A stretch of 64,000 bases of DNA from the NCBI RefSeq assembly GCF_964355755.1, contig NC_092678.1, positions 5,844,422 through 5,908,421 of the forward strand. The letters are read 5' to 3'. The notes below the pieces were generated by a model, which worked only from the letters and a program-made list of their open reading frames with translations, was not told the origin of the DNA and made no database searches. This document shows positions 11,333 to 26,645 of this stretch, piece by piece. Within the stretch, counting starts at the first letter, position 1. Every line of letters starts with the position of its first letter. Source of the stretch: Antedon mediterranea. Lineage: Eukaryota; Animalia; Echinodermata. The translations under genes and the position numbers were made by a program.

Positions 11333-11947
11333 ATTTTTTTGTTACAAAAATGTTTTTATTTTTAAAAACCAATAGTAATTGGTTGCTACTATATTAAAAC
11401 TATAGTTAACAACTATGGGCCCCGTCCCCCCCCCCCTAATCGTCCTCACACCCATCCCTCCTCATTATCACACCCCACTCTACTCTACAGCTTGTAGGTT
11501 CATTTGTTAAATGGCTTGAGACAATGCAAACTTCTTTCCACTTGTGACTAAACATTTGCATATAATTTAGTACACTTAACACAAAACTCAGGGGATGTTT
11601 CTTTGTCACGGATAAAACCATACTTCCTCTGCTAAACTGGAAAACTTACATTTTTATAGTTCGACTTAAAGTGCTTGTTATGCATCAATGATTTTACATT
11701 TTAACTCCTAAGTACCATTAATTCAAACCTTATGAACAGAAAGCTGGGATTAAAACACACAATTTATGCAGTCTTATCTATTTTAACTCTAAAGTTGATA
11801 TAGTTATGCTGATACAAAAATACCTTCTGATGAGCATGTGTGAGGTTATAGTAGGTTGAGTTGCATCAGATGATCAATTTTTTTTCTATTAAGTTCAACA
11901 TAACATAATTATTTATTTCATAATTTATATTTTATCACTCAAGATAC

Positions 11948-12164
11948 TTCTAGCTATAACTATTACGACCGGAGGAGGGGAGGGACAGTATATTCTAGTT
12001 ATAACTATTACAACTGGAGGGGAGGGACAGTATATTCTAGCTATAACTATTACAACCGGAGGGGAGGGACAGTATATTCTAGCTATAACTATTACAACCG
12101 GAGGGGAGGGACAGTATATTCTAGCTATAACTATTACAACCGGAGGGGAGGGACAATATATTCT
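11948..12164. repeat. 42-bp minisatellite (5 copies)
   Basis: Unit TATTCTAGCTATAACTATTACAACCGGAGGGGAGGGACAGTA. Confidence 0.95.
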
Positions 12165-15100
12165 CGGTGAACACAAATCCCAAAACGAAATGGTAGAACT
12201 AATTACTGAATACAATTAATATTTGTCCAAAGTATATCTATTGCAAATAAGATTGTTACTCATAAACCGTAAGAAGCCTCTGGCTATAACTGTACCTCCA
12301 TGTTGGAGCGGCAAACTTAATAAAGTCTTCGGAGAAAATGAATCCCAAAACACACTCAAAATGGTAACACTTTCTGTCTAGTACCTAGTTTAAAATAGTT
12401 GGCGCCCTCAATTTGTAACACTCATATTAAACATTATATTCTTGGAAGTTTTTTTTTGCTGTTTTAATTCTTACAGAATAAATCAAACATGCTCCATGTG
12501 GAATTTAACAGAAAAACAAAGAATAAGTCAACAAAATATCATTTGGCACTTTCAGTAAATCCTTTAATCTCGCTAATATGATGTAAATTTGAAGTAATGT
12601 AAACAAACGTAATGAGATTGACCAGCATGTTGTTGAATTCACATGTCCATGCGGACAGACAATAAAGCAGTCTAAATACTTTGATTATAATATACTGTAA
12701 TGATTTTAAAGATAACAAAATTTATAATAACAAATCACTTTAATTTCTATATTGGAATCTGAATTCTATTGTAACTTTCTTGCAATCAAATAAATGAAAG
12801 ATTGACTCGTTTATGCATTTCATTAAAAGTGTACCAATAATAATTAAATATATCACAAATTCAGTTAAATGATTCCTAAATAAACAAAAATGAGGAAGAA
12901 CTAGTGTTTTAATTTTAATAAATAACATTTTGCTTATTTTATTTGTATTTCCATTAAAATTTAGTCACTGATATCCACATCATTTTCATTTTTTCAATAA
13001 TTTGCCTTTTTGGATTAATCTTGTTTTTCAGAAATATTTATATGTTTATTTTCCTTTGAGATATAAAAGGAACAGAATTCTCTAATATTGATATTTTCTA
13101 AAGTTCATACTAAAATATAAAATAAATTTTCCTTTCAAAAATACTACACATTCAATTGTAATATACAGTATTGTATATTATAATTATATAGAACAAAGTG
13201 CTTTAGTATCACACAACACTTACATATTTCTATACCTGCTAAAATTAGCATTAGAATATAATACATTGTAATATAAGTATTATTTATAATTATATAGAAG
13301 TACTTTACTAACAAATCACATTAACACAACACTACATATTTCTATACCTGATGAAATTAGCATTTTTGCTATAATGTATAATGTAATGAATCTGTTTTTT
13401 ACTCACAATAACATAAACATCAGTCTAAATATGTCATTTTCAGAATTCTTCCCTCAATACATAAATTGAAACGGTTCAGACATGAAAGCGTACGGATACA
13501 TTTAAGCATTAGTCTATTTTTATGTAGGTTATCCGTAATATCAGTAGCGATTATTTCTACCGAGTGCTACGCACTTTTAGCGTCGTTAAAAGCGTTGGAT
13601 ATCCTTTCGCATAATCAACTCAATGCAACATTTTGATAGATGTTGTTATTTTTGTCGTGGAATTAGCTTGAAAATGTATCTAGCAAATGTCAGAGATTTA
13701 ATAAACATTTTAATAACAATTATTCAAAGATGTAGAATTGCGAATGTAGAGTAAAGATTTAATAAAAACCAAGTCTATATTTTCTGTTCTATATAAAAGC
13801 ATCAAAATCAAATTCTAGGTCGTATGAAATCCAAAAAGTATCAATGAAAATTGAAGATATAAAATCTCAGTTTCCATTAGAACAGCAGATATTAAAAATA
13901 TACTTAATGTACATTTTAAAATAGACTAGAAAATATTCTTAATTTTAGCAAATAAATCATGAATGAAACCGAAACATAAATAGTAATTTAATTCTTTTGA
14001 ATTGGGTGATTAACAACCAAAACAATAGAAATTAGCAACTATTAAACTAAACAATCCATTTAATAATACCCGTCACTCAAATTTGTTAAAATATCAAAAA
14101 TTAAAATAATTGGAGATCAGTTTGTGGCCTATTACCACTGAAAAATAAGTTAGGGCTCATCTTATTTCTCTGTGTTATTATTAAACTACCAACACCAACA
14201 AGGGCTTCAAAAAATATAAACAAAACAGTATAACAATACTATACAATATCAATTATAGATGAGATATATTTTTATTACCAGGATGAAATATAATAAAAAC
14301 AGTTATTGACCGCAATTAATTTCCATCAGAAAGAATAAAATTATATTAGGTTTAATATTTCTCAACGGCCGACTACCATCACAAACAACTACTTCGTAGT
14401 CATAATAACATGAAGTTGCGAAATATCTCGTCCTGACCCACATTTGAACTCCAGCAGACACTGAATCATATCGTTCCGCAACCACAACTAGTAATAGAAG
14501 ATATATAACCTTGACTGATACAAAACAATAACAAAAATAAAGAGTATAACATCCATAAATGGGTTATATGCCAATTTTTCATATTTCCTTGCTTTGTCAC
14601 GAAACAACAGTCATTTTAGCATCTGTTTTAATGGAATATTATTACAATATTATTGTTATTCTAACAGTTCTGTCGTTTTTGTTAAATTTCTTTGTCTGGT
14701 CAAACAAATGATCGATAACTTACAGAAAATATCTTCTATCTAAAATTACATTAATATATAATCTACAGTCTTATATTGCAAACGAACAAAAATCATTCAA
14801 AAAACTAAGTTTATATTTATTTTCCGTTAAAGTCTTATTGAAGAAAATTTCTTATCACTTGTAAATAGTTAACTGTTCCGAATATTAAACTACCTGAAAG
14901 CTAAAATTTCTCCAAAACCGGGATGTAAACTCCAGTAATATTGAATTTTCATTCAAACATTGGTCCAGCCCAAAGTGGTCCAGTATTGGAAAAATATTAT
15001 CTTTTATTACCACTCAACTTGTGGTCCGTCATAAATCATTACACTTTTCCCTTCCAATTTAACACTCTTCTCCAAATCGTATTATAATTCCCCTTAAAAT

Positions 15101-18100
15101 TATTTCTCTCAACCAGTAATTTCATATTTTCCATAGAGAAATCTCACATATCCCCAGCTTACTTACTGCTAACATCTCATTAGTAGTTATTATCAAAATT
15201 ATGATTTACAAGGCATCAGGGATAATAATTTATGTGACTATAATTCCTAATGTAAGGAAAGGAATTTAGAAAATCTATGTAAAGATCTTTTAAATTTATG
15301 AATATGTTACGCATCGATGCACAGATACTACAGTCATGTACATCCACATTTAATTTAAAGCTAAAGTCATTAATATTGATAATTTATCTTTTAAAACCGC
15401 TGATGCATTTTATACTGCAGTAATTAATTATCATTAAGCTCAAAACACCTTGTGAAACTTCTGTATTTAAAAGAAAACATTAAAATTGTGATATTTTTTT
15501 TTATTAATACTTGGCAAAATGCCAAGTGTATTAATTATCGTACTAACTTTGTACGGTTTGTTCTGTACTAATATGAACCAAAATATTAAAATACATTTTT
15601 GCATATTATTCCACTCAGTAATTTCTGAGCGCTCAACTTTTTGGAAATTATTTATTTAGCATACATCATGTGCAAGTAATAGCCTGAACATTTTTCACAG
15701 ACTATGAGATTGAAACTAATGCAAAACCAAAATTGGAGACACACCTTACCGGTGAAAGTTTCTTAATATTGCTATTGTCGCGCCGAAACATTGTATATTT
15801 ATATAATATTTATATATTTATATTCCCTTGTACATTTCTGTATATTCTGTCGAAACAGTTTTTTTATTTCGCCTAAATACATTCAAGAAATGTCGCTTAA
15901 ATTTTCTATATAGAAAAACTCCTAGACATGAAAGTCATAATTTTTATTTGCCCTAAATACATCCAAACCGTATAAATCCTTCTCAATTATTAATAGAAAA
16001 ATAATTGTTTTGTACAGTCAAGTTGACTGCACTTCTTAATATTAGATTGATATAAATACCACCTATACTTCCATAAGAAAACAAAAACCAATTTGTACCA
16101 GTTCATTACCTGCTGATCTAACACTGTTTACCAAGCACTAAGCTGGTTATTGGCGTAATAATTAAACCAGTCATGTTAATTGCTCTTTTTGTAAGAACTT
16201 TATAAATCTTGTATTACCATGGAATTAGTTTAGACTATCGTTGTCTTTGTTTCAAATGTCAACAAAGAACAAAACGTGTTTAATTAAAAAATCTTCGCAA
16301 TTATGAAATCTTTTGTCCACGGGCAAGATTCTTTACTACTAATTACCTCGTCCTTTGGATAGGACATTAGCAGTTGGTCCTGTCAGTTATAACTGTCTGT
16401 ATCAACAAAAACAAGAAACATTAGAATCTCTCCTTTGGGACACCTCTATCAAGTTTCTTGTAAAACGAACAAGGGGAAATAAATATTCTAACACTATTCT
16501 GGGGACACCTTAGAAAAATTACTTAACATTAGCAGTTTGTCCAATCTTTATAACTATCCATATCAACAAATACAACATTTGAATGAGAAGAAACTCTCCT
16601 TTGGAAAATATTAAGGGGAAACTTTCCAATGGACAATATGGTCAACCCCAATTCAGGGGACAGCACTAATAAGGGGACAGCACTAACAAGGGACAGCACT
16701 ATTCAGGGGACACCATATTCAGGCGATAGATGCTTTATTGGGACCCAAAAGTGTTCCCTTAATAGGTCTGCTGTATTTGCTACTATCTGCACTTTAAGCA
16801 ACACAAAGATCTGGCCATAGTCTGCCGATTCCTCAGTATCAATGTAATATAAGTGTAAATTAAAAATTGAATACGAGATACTTGCCAACATATGGCTTGC
16901 ATATTGAATTTAATTGGGTCGTATTAACATAAGAAAGAGTACAACTCTACCGGCTGATGTGCAACATAAGTAATTACTTTCACTGAAAACTTTGCAAAAT
17001 ATATCCAGTAATCTCTTTTACTCAATAGGCCATTAAATTATGAGAAATGAAATTGCGTTTAAATGAATTGAATTCAGAAAGAAATGATCCGGTGCGTGTA
17101 TAATAAATAACATACGCAAATCATGCGAACACAAAGACTTCTTCTAAACACATGAGTAATGTACAATGACAACAATGGTGATAAACTCAACAAATGTGCT
17201 CACAATATGTATAATATAATTTATCGATTGAAATTAATAAATTTATGGGTTATACTCTTTAATGATGACAATGTTAGGCATTAATATTCTTGATTCATTG
17301 TTTGAAGTATTAATATCGCTATTGTTACATTTTCAATAGTTTTAATGGAAGCAGATGCTAATGTACTGGTGTTATGTTGACATCTTAAGCAATAAAATGA
17401 AAGAGAAAGTTTTTTTGCAATCAACAAAATCATAAGACAGAGATACAGGTATTATTAAATTGGATATTGTCCCAAAAAAAAAAAGAGAATGCTGACCATA
17501 TAAGGACAAGCGAAATGCAATGGGGAAAACCACATTAATGGTTGGCAAACACATGACAAATAGTGTTTGGATCAATAATAAGTATGAGGCAATTAGGAAA
17601 CATAATATATGTACAAGTGTGAATAGGGCTTAACTTTCCAGGTCACACCAATTTATATTACAAATGTTCTGTATTTGGCATATTTTGCAACACAATTGAT
17701 CAATTTAATTTAAAAAGAAACAAAATGTGTAACCACAGGTAGTACTGTAGATACCTGGGCGTAAAAAATAACTTTTCTTCATCTATCCCCTTCGATACCA
17801 GTGGTCCATAGCTAATAAGGATACAGACTAACGTGGCCCACCCAATTCTATAAATCAACGTCTATTATTTAAAGTTATTTTCTTAACATTAGTTGTCTTT
17901 GCAAACAAACACGTATCAAATTTTTAATGCTTTTTAGCTCGCAAAGCCAATGGCAAAACAAACTGACGGAAGGAGAAATAGAACATTCCACTTCAATAAA
18001 TTGGGCAGGAAATTCATCTTCTCCTGGCAATGTCAAGCTACTCAGAAATCCATACGAATGCCGTAGGTGGAATCCAGGTATAAAATACATCAATGTCATA

Positions 18101-18440
18101 ATATACAACTGTCAAATGTATTACTAGTGTTGTATTTAGGCTAAGTAAACGTAAGAAGCGTTGTTGTACATGAAGCAAAAGCTTGGTACCATTTCTAGCG
18201 GTAGTAACAGCACTAAAGAGGTCGCAGCTACACATTTTTTCGGGCCATTACTTTAAACACACTAATAATAGAAAAGTAACAATGAAACTGGAAAAAGAAA
18301 ATAATATACACATACTTTTATATGGAACAAAATGAAAATAAAATTATAGAGAAATAAATTTCCAATGTTAAAATAGTGCAGGCCTAAATTTAATTTCGTT
18401 TTCTCATCGAGCTGTAAATTTCACTAGCCTAGTTTGCATA

Positions 18441-18731
18441 CAGTAGAATCCCTTCTTTTAGACATCCTATTCAGGAGTACGGTAATATCCCTAAAGCTTG
18501 GTTCCCACTAGAACGTAACGCAAGGACGTAAACGCAACGTAAGCGTTTTAACCAATGACAAGCAAAGTTATAGACAGTTAGCAATCACAAACGAATAAGC
18601 CATCGCTTGTGATTGGTCAATTCACTTGCGTTGCGTTACGTCCTTGCGTTGCGTCGCTAGTGGGAACCAGGCTTAAATTACATTTGGTAATTGGGTGGTA
18701 CCGAAGGTGCTCCTTAATACGGATTCTACTG
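18441..18731. mobile_element. TA-target (Tc1/mariner-pogo-like) MITE hosting a nested MITE
   Basis: TA|CAGTAGAATCC...GGATTCTACTG|TA, 11-bp perfect TIR. Related degenerate GGGGACAC-containing copies lie near 16420-16775, 20840-21043, 21171-21345, 31485-31640 and 57260-57370. Confidence 0.7.
18495..18673. mobile_element. PIF/Harbinger-type MITE
   Basis: TAA|AGCTTGGTTCCCACTAG...CTAGTGGGAACCAGGCT|TAA; second copy at 42755-42920. Confidence 0.88.
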
Positions 18732-21700
18732 TATCATAATATCATAGATACAGATTTGGATTTAGTAGCCAAAGTGGTATTATTACAAATAATTGTAATC
18801 TGAGATTGTACGAGGAGACAAGAGCTTTAATATGAAATACATAATCAGCAGAGAAAACATACATTGTCCTAATTAACCAGTACATAATCTATGCAAACAT
18901 TCATTACAAAGCACACATAAGAATGCTCTTGGCGAAAATGCATTACCCTTTTGAAATATTCATACGACGTCATTACCCTACAAATCCTAAAGAAATATAA
19001 TGTTTACAAATACGTTTAGTTCTTTACAAGATTAGGCATATTTCAGATCTATGATACCGCTAATGTAATTTACGTAAAATGATACGTTGGGGTGGACAGA
19101 TTCAACTCTTAACATGCTGCCTTCACGTATCGTCGCTGCAACACTGTCAGGAATAAATCCTCATAGACATGTGATGATAGATAGATGTTATGTTGCTACT
19201 AATTCTATTTTTCACTATGTTGGATCTAAGTTAATGCGATTTCTGCACCCATGGGTGAAGATTACTTTGATTGGAATATTTTAAAATTAGAGAAATCTAA
19301 ATGTCACAGAAGCTTAACTTGCCTGTAACTGTTTCATTCTGCTTACAGTTAGTTAAGTAAAAAAACATTTATGCCTACACTATCAAACTTTATATAACAA
19401 ACAAGTTGCTATTCCTTTTCAAATTACCAAATTTATTTGATTATTGAAAGTAGAGGTTATCAACTCACAATAATAGTGTAACTGCCTACTCCTTTAGAAA
19501 CTCAAGTGTAGTATTAAAAGCTTAAGTGTGTATTTACACACTAAACATCATAGAGATAACTATTATTTATAGCATAGCTAGCTTTCAGTATAGTATGTAC
19601 ATCTTTCTAAGATTTCTATCCTTTTAGCGATTCTAGATTCTAGTATGGCATGAGGGGGAATTGTGGGACGTGTTTTGTCTCCGATATTTTACAAATAAAT
19701 CAAACAAAAAATGTTATGTAAAAATACAAGGCTTTGTTCATGGATTAGTCAATTATCTGATAGGGGTATTAAACAAATTCTCTTGTTTTCATATTGTATT
19801 CCTCTCTTCAGAAAGATATGGCTATTGTTGGTTTATCCAGGTAAGCTAGGCACAAAACAGAGTAAACAATTACAAAAATAAATTTTGAATTAATTTAGGT
19901 AGCATCAACTAATAATTGAAATCGATTGACTTTTGCTTGTTGCTTTTGAATCTCTGAACCCCCTTAGGTTTAGAACATAATTTTTAAATTAACATCATGT
20001 ATTAGAGTATACATTGGGCTGAAAAACATGTTTTCCCACAGACATACAACTGAATATGTTGACATTTAACTGCGTAGATTATCATAATTACCGAAGTAAT
20101 TTATTTTGGTTTAATGTTATCCTTTGATTGCAATTTATATATGCAATTCTAATAGAATTTTTGCAAAAGAAAACGGATTCAAAACCCCACAGGCCCTTTC
20201 AGAAACATTAATCTTATTCAACTGAGAGCTGGCGTCAATGATTTCATTCCTAATGCTATAATCACTCTCCTTCAACTGGACTAATTGAATTAAAATTTCA
20301 AATTCATAAATTCAATTTTTTATAATCATTTTGAGAAAAATTGTCTCCATAATATCATAAAGAATATTGTATCTTATTAATTTTGAGGAGAAAATTTGTA
20401 ATCAATTTATGTTTAAAAAGAATGTTGTTTAACTGCTAGGCCTGCTGGCCTGGAGGACAATCACTGCATCCTATGGGAGGCATGGCTGTTTGATGTGCAC
20501 TTTTACGACTTCATAAACAGTAGCTAATGGGTATGATTTTAACAGATAAGGCTACTTTCTCAGGACCCCGAGGGGTTGTAATTTTTTGTTATCTTCTAAA
20601 TTTTCCATCCTATGCAGAAATATCTAATCTATTCAAATACAATTAAATTTATTGCTAACAATTATTGCACCATCTGGTAGTATGGCACTCGACGTGTTGA
20701 TTGTTATATGTATTTTTCATTAACAAGTGCTTTACAGTTCCATATAATTGGTTTCATTTTATAATGAATTTAAATCTTGTATATAGTAAATTCATGGAAT
20801 AAGTAGAGGAACAGAAGTGTTAATAAAAAAATAAGAACAATAGTAAAGCTCCTTTGGGACTTCTCCATTAAGGGGACACTTTCCTGAGAAACAAAAATGG
20901 AAAATATATGTTTCAACACTATGGCAAACACCTATTGTAGTCAGGGGACACACACATATATTGAAGACACCTTTAAATAGGAGACATACCTATTAACACG
21001 TTGTTTGATCCTGAAGGTGTCCCTTTAACATAGGTTCTACTGTTGTCCTTTTTAATAGTTTACAAGTAGTTTTAACTAGTCTGGCTACTTTGCTTCTTTT
21101 CCTTTTCCTATTGTTTATTTATGTAATCTTTACATAGGTGTCTGTATACTGCCCTCTCTACATTAAAAATACAGTGGAACCTCTTTTTTGGGATACCCAC
21201 TTTCAGTGACACCCTATTAAGGGGGGTGGGGACTTAACAAGTGAAATATATATATGGCCAAACTCTATTTAAGGTTATATTCAGGGAATACCGCTGTTTT
21301 TTGGGGCATGAAGATGTCTTCATAATATAATAGGGGTTTTACTATATAACAGACTATAGATACAATTATACAATACAATTTTAAAAATATATTAATTAAT
21401 TACATTGTATTATACTCAGGCAGTAATATAAATATTAATTTTTATGATGTATGTGGAAGCAGGTCATTTGGGCGGTCTCAGTTCCAAAAAAAAACCAAGA
21501 TTTTTTTATATTTAAATTTAGTCCAATTCAGTTTTCTGTTAGTATTAATGATGTTATCCATAGTAATAGAGTAGGAAGATAATACGACATATCAGTAACA
21601 ATAAAGCCTTAGGTGATCTTAGATTTAAAGACATTAGTAACAATATTTTCAATTAAATATGGTAACAGATGTACCAGTAAAATGCATATTAATATTGATA

Positions 21701-22872
21701 GTAAAATTGAAAGTTTAGAAATGTTACAATTTTTATAGTAATCAGATTGGGTAGTCTTGACTATCATATGTAAAGCAAAGGACATGTTCTGGGCCTAAAC
21801 AAGTTTTCCTTTAATTAATATGAGTGTCTTGAAATTTCTTGAAAAAAAGAGTAAGATTAAAAAATAAAACAAATTGTATAAACAGAGGTGTTGTCTGTGT
21901 CTTTGGTCCAATTGACTTTTAAGTGCTATCAATTTAGAATCTAACAACAGGAATTTCAATCCATTGAAGCAAAGAGGAACTAGATAGAAAGAAATGGAAG
22001 GTCACAAACAAAGCAGAAAAACACCAAAGTTAAGAGGCCATAAACAATGGGTGGCAATACTTTAAACTTAATTCCACTCCCCTTAGGAGCTGCAGTAAAA
22101 ACAACGTCACGTTTTTACTGTATGTACAAAAGAATAAGAGGTGTCTAGATAGAAACCTCCGATTTAAAATTCATAGTGCCACTCATATTATAAATCGGAA
22201 TCATTCCTCGTATAAACAAATGAAGGGAAATTTATGCTTTAACATTACAGGCAACCCAGGGTGATTGAGAGACAACGCTTCTTCAGAGGGATACAGCCCC
22301 TAGTAACACTTTGTGAGGTGTCCCCTAAAAGAGTTTTTCTGGCTGACAAAACTTCTTCAAGGATACAACCCCTATTTATTATGGGGACATTTTGTTTTTG
22401 AGGTTTACCCTTAAAAGACATTTTTCTAGCTGTTAAACACTCAATATTCTTTTAAATGAGTTTTCAAGACACAAGTTTTATGATCTGAAAGAGAAAGAAC
22501 ACTTCCCAAATAGTGGCGCCTGCCAGTGAGGTCAAACGACCTTATACATTTCTAGTATTTCCTTATCAGTGACCGGTCACTCTTGCATTTTTTCCATTTA
22601 TAAAATCATGATAGAAACATTACTTTTGTAAGTAGCAAAGTTTATCTGAGGTTATTTGTCAAGGATTAAAAACTTAAAATACATCTAGAGTCGACTTAAA
22701 TTAGTGGACCCTGTTACGTAAGTGATTTAAGACAAATTTTTAAAACATTCAAAATATAAAAATGTATTAAACATGAAATTAAAACAGATGTGAGTATTAC
22801 GATTCTGCATGATTTATTACATTATTTTTTTTTTAAATTATTAATTAATTTAATTTATGGAAAATATTACTA

Positions 22873-23058
22873 CAGTCAACTCTCCCAATACCGGACTCTC
22901 TGAAAACCAGAAACTCTCCCAATACCAGACTTTTTTTGAGGACCAAAAGGTCCCAAATTTATTTTTACCATTAAAAACACATTCCGAATACCAGACTTTC
23001 CGGAAAACCAGACTTATTTGGCCGGCCCAAAGGTGTCCGGTATTGGGAGAGTTGACTG
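22873..23058. mobile_element. TA-target (pogo/Tigger-like) MITE, intact copy
   Basis: TA|CAGTCAACTCTCCCAATACCGGAC...GTCCGGTATTGGGAGAGTTGACTG|TA, 24-bp perfect TIR. Confidence 0.92.
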
Positions 23059-26000
23059 TATTACCATAAGACCAATTATAATCCCATGCTCTGGTATAAT
23101 CCCACCACCTAAATTTCATACACAAGACTTGTACTAATCATACCTATGTCAGTTACACTACAATTCTTTCTATTCAAACAGTAGTTTGTAAATTGCTGTT
23201 TTCTTTTTTTATATCTTTTTCAATTATGACTTCAAAAACCTTTACTACAATACGACTACTAATAAAACTGTTCGTTTTTCTTTTCATTTGTTTAGTGCCG
23301 AATATCTCTACCTACCTCCTCATGGCATGAAATATAGCTTAATATGAATTAAGCGGCACATATTGTAGTTTTGAAAGACCGCAAGAACTGTAATACCGGT
23401 TAGGTCTTATCTAAGATTGATAAAAATCTTTACTACCTTGTATAACCCGCCATCTAAGCTGTAAATTATTACTTATACCCAGGGGCTATGCAGCAGACTA
23501 CGTTTTACAATCACTCTAATGAAAACATGAATACCAGAATTGAAATAACCACTTTAATTTATACAGACATAATTATTCTAATTCTTACATAATAAATTCA
23601 TAATATAGAAATTAGTATGGAGTATTACACAAAATCATAAATGATCAATTTGATTTTGATTTAATTACAGAATGTAAGAACAAAAGAACTTGAAATTCAC
23701 CATAGCGAATTAGAAATTTGCTCGAAAATTATTTTCGAAGTTGAAAATTTCAAAGCTAATATTTGCATTTGTGGGAAAAGTGTCTGGCAGCGCAACCGAT
23801 CGCCACCCGTTCCTCCCTTTAAATTTATCAAATTACAATGCAAAAGATAGATCTTTTTAAGATTTTTAGGCCCTTGGTCCACCAATTTAAAAATCCTGAA
23901 TCCGCCAGTAGACTTGATCTGATAATTTCTTCAGAATAATTTTGTACAATAATTAATTTGCTAAATTGTTTTTTTTTTGCTAGTTAGATTTGTTTACAAC
24001 ACAAAAAGGTTGCTTGTGGAAAAAAAAAAGTACATTTCTAGCCCTTGCCAATTGTTTATATTTTTGTTTCTTTCTTCAAGTAAAATTATTTTTAAAATGT
24101 TCAATATTACAAATTTATTGTGATAATTTTGTTATAGTCAACAAATATTTAGACTTCATTGGTCAACATAATGTTTCAGAAGAGCTCTTGTCTGCTTGGA
24201 CAAACATAATTATATAGTTTAATTATTATGAGTTTATAAAGGCATAGATTATGAACGCCATTAAAAAATATGCAGAATGTATTATTACACTATTATCTAA
24301 GCAACTATAGTTTGCAACAACCGATCCACAAGATTATAGCTTTGCGTAACCTAGCAACAGCATGCAGAGCCTGACTTTTTAAGCAAAACTAGACAATAAT
24401 ATGGATCATATTTATCATATCGGTTAATTTGATATCATTTCATACACTAGAAAACATCATGATATACTATGATATTTTATTACCGAAAACTAATATGTTT
24501 TGCAACCTATTTAATAACTATAACTTCATTGTTTGAAATTTAATGTGAAAACTTTATATGCTCACAAAAATAACATTGGTTACCATGCATTGGGTAAACA
24601 TGTTGTTAAGGATAAAAACAAAAATGAAAAGAGGTAGTGTTTTATTGTTGGTGGTTGGATATACACGGATCTAACATTATACTAATTATGCAAATTAAAC
24701 AAACTTAAGCAACACACTTAAGTGTCTATCAATGAGAGAAAACATGTCTATGTTTAGAAACAATTAAGACAAATACTAATACTAACTCAGCCACTCCCCA
24801 TCTCTTCTATCCAACCAACCATTTCCATCTTCTTTCTTTTTTCTCAATGAATATACTATTGTATACTAACTGTATATTTAGAAACATTGTTATTCATAAA
24901 CGTCCTCACTACGCAATCTTTGACATTAAATTTAGGGAATTCTAAGCTTGAGAAAATCTCGCAATATGTGGCCTTGCATAGTATCAAAAGAATTTCTATC
25001 AAAAATTAATACTTAGTTGCTGACTGACATTTGATTAACACATAAGGAAATTACATTGAAAATCTGTACTATAGTAATTTTATTTTTACAAATAGTTTAA
25101 TCATATGGTACACATGACCCCTAGGTATGACACTAGGTATGACATGACACATGACCTCTAGGTATATGACAGCTGATGATTTGAAGTTTCAACAACTGCT
25201 AAACTCAATGAAATCAACAAATGAATGAACTATAGGTTGTTAGCCCTTTGTATCAGAGAAGCATATAATTATGTAAGGACTTGTTTGGCGCCTACCATTA
25301 CATTCCCCTAATATTTACGAATAGCATTTATCATGCACATGTTCATTATAAGCACACAGGCCCATCAGCTTTACATCTTATCTGAAGGGCAAGGAATAAT
25401 ATGGGTAAATAATCTTGCCTAAGGATAAGATATATAGGACCGGTATGAAATCCATGGGGTTTACATAGGTTTGAAATGTGGAAATATATGGGAAATCTAT
25501 TAATCAATATAAAACATTTTCCCAAGTGAGGCCGCTTTTAGTTGATGAATTAAATATTTATTACCGTTCGATAACTACAACAGTGTACCTTTTTTTCAAT
25601 CCAATATATGCCTATACGTATACAGTATAATAACTTAATTGTTAACTTTTGAAAAACTAAACTGAATTAGAGTATTAAACAAATATTGGAGAAACTTCAA
25701 ACCACTTCGTTTTGAAGAAGATGGACATCGGCCAAAATCTCTAATAGCCAAGTACTTAATGGAGTATAAAATTTCATTTCAAATATAATTTTAAAAGCAG
25801 TTTGTTACTTTGTATGGGAAAGTTTCAACTTGTGGAAGACTTAAATTCATGTGTTTTAAATTGTTATTCTTCCTGAAGCAAAACTATCTATTCAATTTAA
25901 TTAAATTACCAAGAAATACCAATTAAGTTTTAATACGCAGTTAACTACCAATTAAGACCACAATTCATTGGATAATCACGACCTTTATGATATACTAATT

Positions 26001-26234
26001 CCAATAAACAAGCTTAATCTAGCCAGTTAAGTACTAATACACAAATCCTTCTATAGATAATCTCCTCTAAGCTTGTATCCTAGCTAAACAGCAGAAATTA
26101 CTAATTTATTCTAAGAATCTTCATCAGGTACTATAAACATTAAAATTTAATTAATGTTACAACTCTAAAGATACACATCTTTTATAACCAAAAAACTTTG
26201 TAATAATACTATAATTTCTTCCTAATATAATTTG

Positions 26235-26645
26235 TAATTGTTATCAATTTGTTTATTTAAAAAAATGTTAAGCTTATTTTTCTTCATAATTCTATAATCA
26301 ACAATTTGGAAGGAACTGTAACATTTTGTTGTAATTTTTTATCATCAACAATTTGGAAACTTTTTTTGCTGGAATCACTAATCCGAAAAACACTGTTTGT
26401 AATTTAAGCATAACAAATTTGGAAAACCTCTGACATAACTTTTTTTGCAATTTCCATGTCAAGAATTTGGAAATCATTGTAACTTGTTTTCAGCTTCCAA
26501 ACCACTGTAGCCTTTTTGTGCAATTTTACACCACACTTTTTTTGTGATTGAACAATTTGCAAACCACTGAAACTTATTTGTGTTGTTCAATTTGGAAAGC
26601 AAGGTAACTTTTTTGGAGCTTCCAACATCAACAATTTACAAATCA
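26235..26645. repeat. Degenerate tandem repeat
   Basis: Recurring ACAATTTGGAAA...ACTGTAACTTTTTTG motif, about 8 diverged units. Confidence 0.6.

Noticed and set aside
11925-12215. Repetitive peptide ORF (RIYCPSPPVVIVIA)n
   Set aside because: Translation of a 42-bp minisatellite; no coding evidence.
17875-18235. Overlapping short ORFs as a possible extra plexin exon or nested gene
   Set aside because: No recognisable domain; exons 4 and 5 already join in frame to complete the PSI domain.
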